From contig OX597823.1 of the NCBI GenBank assembly GCA_951406725.2, positions 59,830,001 to 59,894,000 on the forward strand: a stretch of DNA of 64,000 nucleotides, written 5' to 3'. The notes beneath the pieces are model-generated. The model did not search any database. It saw nothing but the letters and a program-made list of their open reading frames with translations, and had not been told where the DNA came from. The stretch comes from Octopus vulgaris. Lineage: Eukaryota. Made by a program: the position numbers and the translations under genes. Shown one piece after another: positions 55,589-64,000 of the stretch (within the stretch, counting starts at the first letter, position 1; each line of letters starts with the position of its first letter).

Positions 55589-55666
55589 GCGGTACATATG
55601 TTTCGGGCCTTTATTAGACAGATTTATAACAATGCATAATGTATGTCTGTGGCCTTCTTCAGCCGC
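55589..55666 (-). ncRNA. Type I hammerhead ribozyme
   Basis: Minus strand: gcgg CTGAAGA aggcc...ggccc GAAAC atat GTA ccgc; palindromic stem III ACATATGT. Confidence 0.75.
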
Positions 55667-57275
55667 GCACAACAGCTTCCACAAGGACATGTGTTACATC
55701 AAAAATTCTTGGTTGGGGATGCAAATCCTCTCATTTGCGTACGACATAATGCGGCAGCAGCATAGAATTGAAGTGTCCATCTCTTTCTTCTCTCAATGTA
55801 GAATGAGGAAAATTGAATGTTGAAGTAATGTAAATAAATAAATACATATATAGACGTGAAGATGGAGGGGCGAGAATTCAGGACGAGGGATAAGAAATGT
55901 ATAAAAAGTGTAAGTATAGAAAAATATAAAAATGTAGAGCATAAAGATATAAAGAGATATAAGGAGATGTAAAGGGGTTATAAAGAATATAAAGAAATAT
56001 AAAGAAATATAAATAAATGTAAAGGCATAAGGTTATAAAGTAAAAATAGAAATAGAAAAAAAAGTAAAAAAAACATGATAAAAATGTAAAAAAAATATAA
56101 AGATAAGGGATCTATAGAGGTTACGGACCAAACATGGTGGTCAGGAGATTGATAAAATTTAGTTGTAGAAGTGTTAATAAATCAACAGTTTCGTCTGGGG
56201 ACCTAATGTGTTGTAAATCAGAGCTGTTGAGCGTTTAATCTGGTTCTTTGAATTAATTGGTCTTCTAGTACATACATATCATCATGGATACATACACCCA
56301 TATACACGCGTACATATACGCCTCCAAGCCTATAAGCATACACACGCACTCGCGTGTAAACATGTACATAAACACACACACACCCACACGCACGCGCGTA
56401 CACATACATACATACAACAGAATATCCGCATGTATACACGGACACTATACGTGTACACACCCATATGTACATACGTGCGCCCATCCCTACATACACACAC
56501 GCATATGCCCACGCTTCCAGGTTTAGATATAAGATATTAAAGGATGTATATAAGAACGTATGTAAAGAATCACGCACTCATGTCTATACGCGCACGCACA
56601 CACGGCTGTGTGTCCGTATGTGCGTGCACATATACCCCTACATACACACACAGAGACATACGTGCATATGGGTATAGCTATAAGATATTAAAAGATGTAT
56701 GCAAATAGGTGTAAACATATGAAAATAAGAAAACATGTAAAAAAAGGAAATACGGGTATGTACATCCAGACGTAGATGTCTACTCATACATATGTACATA
56801 TATGTGTGTGTATATGTATGTATGCGTATACATACGTACACGGACGCTCGTATAATCAAAAAGTGGATCCATAGGTAAGTAAATAAACATATATAGAGAT
56901 GTAAAGCGATAAGTTAGGGGTAAGAATGAGGGTAAGGGTAAAAATTAGAAATAAAAGTAAGAAATACAGTATAAAATAAGAAATACAATGTAATAGTTAG
57001 AAATGAAATATAAAAATATAAAAATTATAAAAATTATAAGAGTTAAGGTAAGGGATGAAAATAAAAATGAGAATAAATGGAAGTAGAATAAAAGTAAAAA
57101 TAAAAGTAAAAATAAAAATAAAAATAAAATAAAATAAGATAAAAATATAATTTGGTAAAGTTTAACATGAGGTGAAGGTGGTTGAAAGTTAGAGGTGTGT
57201 GTTAAATGTGCCCACGTAGGGGCGGGCGGGGGGAATGTATATATACATATATATATATGTATATATATACATATA

Positions 57276-57317
<42 letters not shown>

Positions 57318-57323
57318 TATGTA

Positions 57324-57414
<91 letters not shown>

Positions 57415-57416
<2 letters not shown>

Positions 57417-57540
57417 GTATATTGGCCTGCTCGCTTAGCCAACGGGGTGGTGTCATTCAAAGGCTAAAACAATGCGAACGCATCGTGACCAGCGATGTGT
57501 AACAACATCTGATGGTCTGGTGGGTCACGTGATCACGTGA
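57415..57540 (+). mobile_element. SINE 3' fragment ending in tcacgtga repeats
   Basis: GC-richer block between TA tracts, ending gtcacgtgatcacgtga. Confidence 0.4.
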
Positions 57541-57791
57541 TATATATATATATATATATATCTCAACTAACATTTGTCTTCTATATGCGTCAAAATACGT
57601 ATTGAATGATACAAATTAGATGATTTTTTTAAAATGTAGAATTGCTGTTAGAACAGGAGAAATATTGGGTAATTCTAATAATGGAAATTTTGCATTTAAA
57701 AAGAAAATCATCTAATTTGTTTCGTGCAATATATACAGGGTATGGTGAAATTAGAAATATAAAATGGTGACAATTTAACCCATGTATCCTG

Positions 57792-57968
57792 TCACAAGCC
57801 ACTACACATTCATTATTTTTTCTCCTTGTTTCTTTCTGTGTTCCTTTCTGTGGAAGAGCATAGGCTCGAAACGTTAAAGACTTTTTCACTTCCCGAGCAT
57901 TATACAAATATATCTGTTTGTTGTCTACACCACCTGTCTTCATCTTTTGTTTTTTTGTGAATTCTCCC
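57792..57968 (+). mobile_element. Short pLTR element with hammerhead-like motif (57844-57879; A6 to U)
   Basis: cttt CTGTGGA a gagc atag gctc GAAAC GTT aaag; same design as 8365 and 46247. Confidence 0.6.
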
Positions 57969-57980
57969 TATATAAATATA

Positions 57981-58837
57981 CAGGGTGCAGTGAATAAAAT
58001 GTCATCTAAATTATGCAAAAAGGAAAATAACACTGACATCTCATTTTAATGCATATATTTACCAAAATTACATAAAAATATCTTGAAATACTAAAAAGAA
58101 AATTTGTTCAATAAAGTCACCATTGGCTTCATCCATGGCTTCCAGACAATTTTGGAACCCCCCGCAAAACTTCGAGATGATCTCCTTGTTTAAGTTGGTG
58201 AATACTGCCATAATCCTTGCCTTCGGTTCATTTTTGGTGTTAAAAGGAGTTTTGTTGGTCTCTTGCTCAACTGCACCCCATATATAATAATCAAAAGGGT
58301 GGCAGCCTAGTGGGTGAGGTAGCCAAATGTTAGGGCTGATGTGGTCACAGAAATTATCTGACAGCCATGACTGGGTTCTCCTGCTTGTGTGTCATGATGC
58401 AGAGTGTTGTTGCTAGACATAGGGTCTTCCAGTAGCCACCCTTTTGACCCAGGGCAGTACTTGATGTAGGCCTCCGTGTTGAGTGTGAGGCCATGTGGGA
58501 AGATGAATGGAGGCATAACATTGCCATCACTAGTGATCACTCCAATGACAATGGTATTGAGTGGATATTTGATTTTTATCATTCTTAGTACATGTCCTCA
58601 GATTGACACCCAAACACTCTGAAATGTTCGTAGTGGAGCTTCCAGTATGAATGCTAAACAATATAGCCTGTCGTTTCCAAATTTCTGGCAGAGTGAATGG
58701 TGTCATGGTGGTGTTTTGCTCACAGACAGTGCCCAACTGACCCCACTATACCATGTAGTCAACAAAATCAAAAACAAAAATTGTGAATGTGCAAAATTAA
58801 AAATATAATATGGAAACAATTTATCCATCGTATCTTG
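57981..58837 (-). mobile_element. Internally deleted Tc1/mariner DD37D (maT-type) element with both TIRs and TA TSDs
   Basis: TA|cagggtgcagtgaataaaatg ... caatttatccatcgtatcttg|TA. Transposase pieces GVITSDGNVMPPFIFPHGLTLNTEAYIK and W..D..PFDYYIWGAVEQETNKTP. A mini-copy lies at 57736-57791. Confidence 0.85.
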
Positions 58838-58846
58838 TATATATTT

Positions 58847-58877
<31 letters not shown>

Positions 58878-59010
58878 CATACAAACATATATATATATAT
58901 ATATTTAAAAAACATAAATTCAAAGAAGAAGCACACTCTCAGAAGTAGAGCAGTCTATATTTATTACTGGTGAAGGCCAGTTTATGGGATTACCCTGGGT
59001 ATCTCCCATC

Positions 59011-59045
<35 letters not shown>

Positions 59046-59269
59046 TGTATGTATGTATGTATGTATGTATATGTGTGTGTATGTATATGTGCATCTGTAT
59101 GTGTGTATATGTTTGTGTGTCTGTGTTTGTCCCTACAGTATAATATTGTATAATACTGTCCCATCTCAAATCTTATACATTTAATTTATCTACCCCTTTT
59201 TTTCCAAGAAACCACCCATCTTCTGCTCTCCAATCCACACATCATATTCAAAATACTCTTTATGATCTA

Positions 59270-59795
59270 AAATCCAAGATAATCGTCCTCAACTGCCATC
59301 ATTACTACCTTCACACACACAACCAACACACACACAACCAACACACACACACACACATAAGTGTGTGTGTGTGTGTATGTGACTACAACCAACATTATCT
59401 TCATCATCATCAAAAGCATTATCATGACCATGATCATCATCATCATCATCATCACCATAATCCTCAACACTGTCGTCGTCGTCATCATCATCATCCTCAT
59501 AAACATCACTATTACCACAACTTGCAATATCACTACAACTAACATCAGCAGTGGAAACCACACTATCAATACGAACACCATCATCATCTTCATCATCGTC
59601 ATCATTGTTGTCTTCATCATCATTGTTGCTGTCGTTGTCATTGTCGTAGTCATCCTCATCATCATCACCACCACTACAATGAACGCCATCGATCACCATC
59701 ACCCTCATCACCACCCATCTTCACCACCACCACCACTACCACTACTAACCTCATCGTTCTCTTCTATCAATATCACTACACAATCAACATTATTC
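59270..59795. repeat. (CAT/CAC)n low-complexity tract
   Basis: Read directly; similar tracts at 39960-40320 and 47420-47580. Confidence 0.85.
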
Positions 59796-59914
59796 CTATA
59801 GTTTCGAAATTTTTGAAAAAATAACAATATCACCTAGACTCACACACACACACACACACACGTAATATACAAATAAATATATATATACATACACATATAT
59901 ATGTGTGTATATAT

Positions 59915-59965
<51 letters not shown>

Positions 59966-60222
59966 CGTATATATATGTGTGTGTGTGTGTGAGAGAGTAC
60001 ACATATGTATGTATGTATATATGTGTCCAATGCCAATATGTTGTTTTCATTCATTTCATTTCGTATGGCTGTGTCAGCTCAAAGCCACATTCAAAAGGAA
60101 GAAAAATCTGCAAAAATTCAATTAATATTTATTATTTTATATTCAAAAACATTGAAATAACAATCTTCCAATAAAAAGCGACAGACTTTCTTTTGTTTAC
60201 ATTAAAACAATATATATATATG

Positions 60223-60270
<48 letters not shown>

Positions 60271-60545
60271 CATATAAATACACACACACACACACATATA
60301 TATAGATAGATAGATATTGATATATACATATGTATGTATATATATATATATATTTATGTATGTACATGTATACAAATATATTTATGTATATATGGTCACA
60401 TATATACACACATACATATATATGCACACACACTCCACCCACACACACAATCTAATGTGAGCATCTTCTTCTCTCATAATATCTGTATGTATGTGTGTGA
60501 GTATGATATATACCTTATCTATCTATATATCTATCTATCTACACT

Positions 60546-60585
<40 letters not shown>

Positions 60586-62099
60586 CATATATATGTATAC
60601 TTATATATTTATACATACACACACATACTCATATATATGTGTGTATATATAGCATAACACAGACACATATGTGACATTTATGTCTAATGCGTATGCATAT
60701 ACATATGTTTATAGACAGACTGACAGGCAGGCAGGCAAGCAAGTAGACGGACATAAAACAGACGGACAGAAAAACAGACAGAGAGATAGCTAGATGGAGA
60801 GATATGCATATATTTTGTGGTGTTACGTACTTACATCTATGACCTAAAATGTTAGATTGTACTCCATGCAAGTATCACTCAGCTATAGAAAAAAAAACTG
60901 AAGACATAATTTATTATATGCACAGCATTTATAGTATTCTTAAGACAATTGGCTGAGAAACTTATAGTTAAAAGACCAATGTGGTGGGTGGATATCTGGA
61001 AGATGAAGCATGATGAAGTCTTATTAGAAACAGATTGGATGTAGAGAAACAGATGGTATTAGCACACTTACAGTGGTTATCATAGCAAAATACATTTGAT
61101 GAATGAGATATGCAAAGTGATCAAACTTGGAACTTTGTAGGTGTAAAGTGAACATCTTAAGCACAGGATCGTGTTACATACATATATAAACATGTGAACA
61201 TGTGTTTACGTATGTATATATATATGTTTGTATGTAAGTTTTATGTACATTGTAATTAGGTTTCATTTCTTGACGTCTTGTCAATAGAGAAAGAGCTGGT
61301 TTCTTACCTAGGTCTAAGACTCCTTTTACAGGATAGCTTTGCATGCTTGTATTCATGTGTGCGAGTATTTGGAATCAGTGCATATGCAGAGCTGTATGTT
61401 TTGTTTTATGTATGTATTCTCGTACACATAGTTACATAACTCGACATGTGCATGTGTACATCTACGTTAAATTTTGAGGCTTGTATCTTCAATCATCTAA
61501 ACAGCTTTTGCATTTCTGGTTTTGAGAACTATGATTTCTCAAGATATGCATGTATGCAGACATGTATTTATATATGCATGTATGTATGTACGGACGGACA
61601 GACAGATGGATGGATACATGGATGCATGTATTTATGTATGCTTCTATGTAAATAAATCTTATGTTACATTTTGTGTGTGTGTTTAGAAAAAACGAAGTTG
61701 TTAGAATTTTGGATAATAATTTTGTGCTTTCACCTTTTCCTCAGAGATTCGTTATGAATAATTTGTTTACAAAAAATTCATACCTTCTATATACATGTGA
61801 AGTAGTTGAAAAATCTGGGAATAGAATGTATTTGTTATTTTGAATCTATATGTGTGTAAATATATGTGTGTAAGTATATGTGTGTGTGTGTATGTATTTG
61901 TGTGTAAGTATATGTATGTGGCAAATATCTGGAGGCTTAGTTAGAGAAATAAAGGAAACAAGAAAAAGTTAGAAAGGAAGGGAGGAAAGAAAGAAAGAAA
62001 AAAGATAAAAGAAAGAAGACGAAAGAAAGACATCAGGATCTTTTCCTGAAATGGTTGAAATTGCATTGCACTTTTCTTCATGCCTGGTACTAGAGGGGA

Positions 62100-63130
62100 A
62101 TACCTTTAAGTTTGATGGTAAAACATGTCAATAAATAAAAGGCACAGCTATGGGGACTAAATCTGCACCCTCATATGCTAACCTGGTTGTGGGGTTTTTA
62201 AGAGGAAAAACTATATGAGGAAATAAAGAAAACTTTCAAGCAATATGCCATTGAAAAGTGAAAATGCTTCTTCAATAATAACAAATATACTTAACAAATA
62301 AACAGATACACACCAGTATTTGAACTTCTACTCTTGTCATCCTTCACACATTAAATGGAACATTCTATACAGTATGGCATGACATATTTGTGCAGTAGTA
62401 CTTGATCCAAAACTGCATTTAAATTCAACTCAATAAAATCAAAGGCTTCCTAAAAAATAGAGTTATCTCTGACATTTAATGATGAAATTATATAGGTGAT
62501 GAAACTGGACATCATACAACTGAGGACACCTTAGAAAAACATTAAAGAAAATACTATCCTATTTATCAATACAAATAATCAAAGTGTAACCAACATATTT
62601 GTCGCTGTAAAGTAAACCTACCAAAATTCTTAGAAAGCCCTTAACTGAAAAGTCTGGTTGTTGAAAACCTTATATGAAACAGTAAATGTCAACCAAAAAT
62701 TTGCAAGGGCAAAATTTACACCAGAGGATTATTCAGAATTCTCCAGGAAGGACTGCAGAAATAATAGATGTAAAATATGTAACAGAACCAACAACAATTT
62801 TAAAAATTTGGACACTGGTTCCCATATAAAATTTACAATTGGTTTTTCCAAGTAAATGTAGATATGAACTGCAAGACACAGAATCTCATCTACTGCATAA
62901 CGTATCCCAAATGCAAAGAAAATTATTTTGGTGAAATCAACAATTCCTGTTGCCAACATGCAACAAAATACAGACAATACATCAGACAAAACGATTCCAC
63001 TAAGTGAGCATCTGGAAGTATGTGGAAACAGTAGATTTAAGATCTTTCTCTCCTACAAATGCTCAAGGGATGACCCAAAGTACTGGAAGGCAATACAACT
63101 ACATACCAAAAAGATTTTTTTCTAAATTAC
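62100..63130 (+). pseudogene. Decayed Penelope-like element ORF: RT + GIY-YIG endonuclease
   Basis: FKFDGKTCQ*IKGTAMGTKSAPSYANLVVGF (RT); K*TDTHQYLNFYSCHPSHIKWNILYS (thumb); CRNNRCKIC; MNCKTQNLIYCITYPKCKENYFGE (GIY-YIG); IPLSEHLEVCG. Several stops and frameshifts. Confidence 0.9.
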
Positions 63131-64000
63131 ATATATGAAGAAAAGAAAAAAATATATATATATATTTATGAACACATTAGAAATTCGTATTTAAAAAATT
63201 AGTATCCCATATGAACCAGATCAGATTGCCACTGGATAGTATTAATAATGTACTCATTACTGTTACTAATATAACTGGAAAATGTCTTGTTTTCAGAGTT
63301 TTTAATTAAAATTTTCTGCCAAACTTTAGTCACAATTTATGTTCCCGACACTAGCTTAATGATTTTTCTAAATTCTTTGTTATGTTTAAAATTAATTGAA
63401 AGAAACACAAAGCATCTCAGAATAAATATGGTAACAAAAGGGTTAAACAGCCAACACACAACTCACATATACACTTAATACACATGCACACACATTTATA
63501 TCCCTTCCCAAACTATTTAATAGGTTCTATTTTCTACAGTGAGATAACATGACACCTGACAAAAACTGCAATGCCTAATAAAAGAAAACTGACTTCTTGA
63601 ACTATCCTTAGTTTCAACCATTTCAGAAAAAGTAAAATTCTGTACAACCTGGTAGCATGACAACTGACCAAAAATACAATGCAATTTCAACCATCTCAGA
63701 AAAGACCCCTTTCTCTCTTTCATTCTTTTATCTTTCTTTTTTCCTTTTTTTTCCTCTCTAACCAATCCTCCAAAATCAACATGCATATTTAGATTCAAAA
63801 TAACAGAGAACATTCTCTTCCTAATCCATCTTCAAATTTTTTCAACAAACTCGCATATTTATATAAAAGGTACAAATTACCTGTAAGTAAATCATTCATG
63901 AAGAATCTCTAAAAGACCGATGAAGACTAAATGAATAATTATCCAAAATTTTATCTATCTTCTTTCTCTTACTATATAAAATCTGTACACCACTTCAAAC

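Noticed and set aside
56181-56232. Hairpin tcaacag/ctgttga with CTGATTT and GAAAC on the minus strand
   Set aside because: The core lacks G8/A9 and there is no stem I; it is only a hairpin.
63915-63960. CCGATGA agact.. downstream of the PLE ORF
   Set aside because: It could be that element's decayed HHR, but GAAA and the stems are missing.

Overview
AT-rich, microsatellite-saturated animal genomic DNA. The SINE/RTE repeat content and microsatellite load look like an octopus (coleoid cephalopod) genome; that assignment is inferred. No host protein-coding gene could be identified with confidence, and nearly all listed ORFs are microsatellite artefacts. The window is a mosaic of tRNA-derived SINEs, degenerate LINE 3' ends (RTE, R4/Dong-like, CRE-like, Tx1-like), Tc1/mariner DD37D (maT) remnants, TTAA MITEs, a Helitron and a decayed Penelope-like element (PLE; RT + GIY-YIG, ~62.1-63.1 kb). 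The main hidden signal is a set of at least 11 type I hammerhead ribozyme (HHR) motifs from about 7 unrelated non-coding carrier families. Most have the short palindromic stem III typical of PLE/retrozyme HHRs, and most sit in or beside (TA)n tracts. The best example is a very young element at 8539-9419: a 360-bp GC-rich unit, a 204-bp tandem partial copy and a 313-bp inverted copy. It carries an HHR with a U3-A8 core covariation and folds into a highly paired RNA, making it a candidate octopus retrozyme/circRNA mobilised by PLE machinery. All structures were read by eye; nothing was computed.
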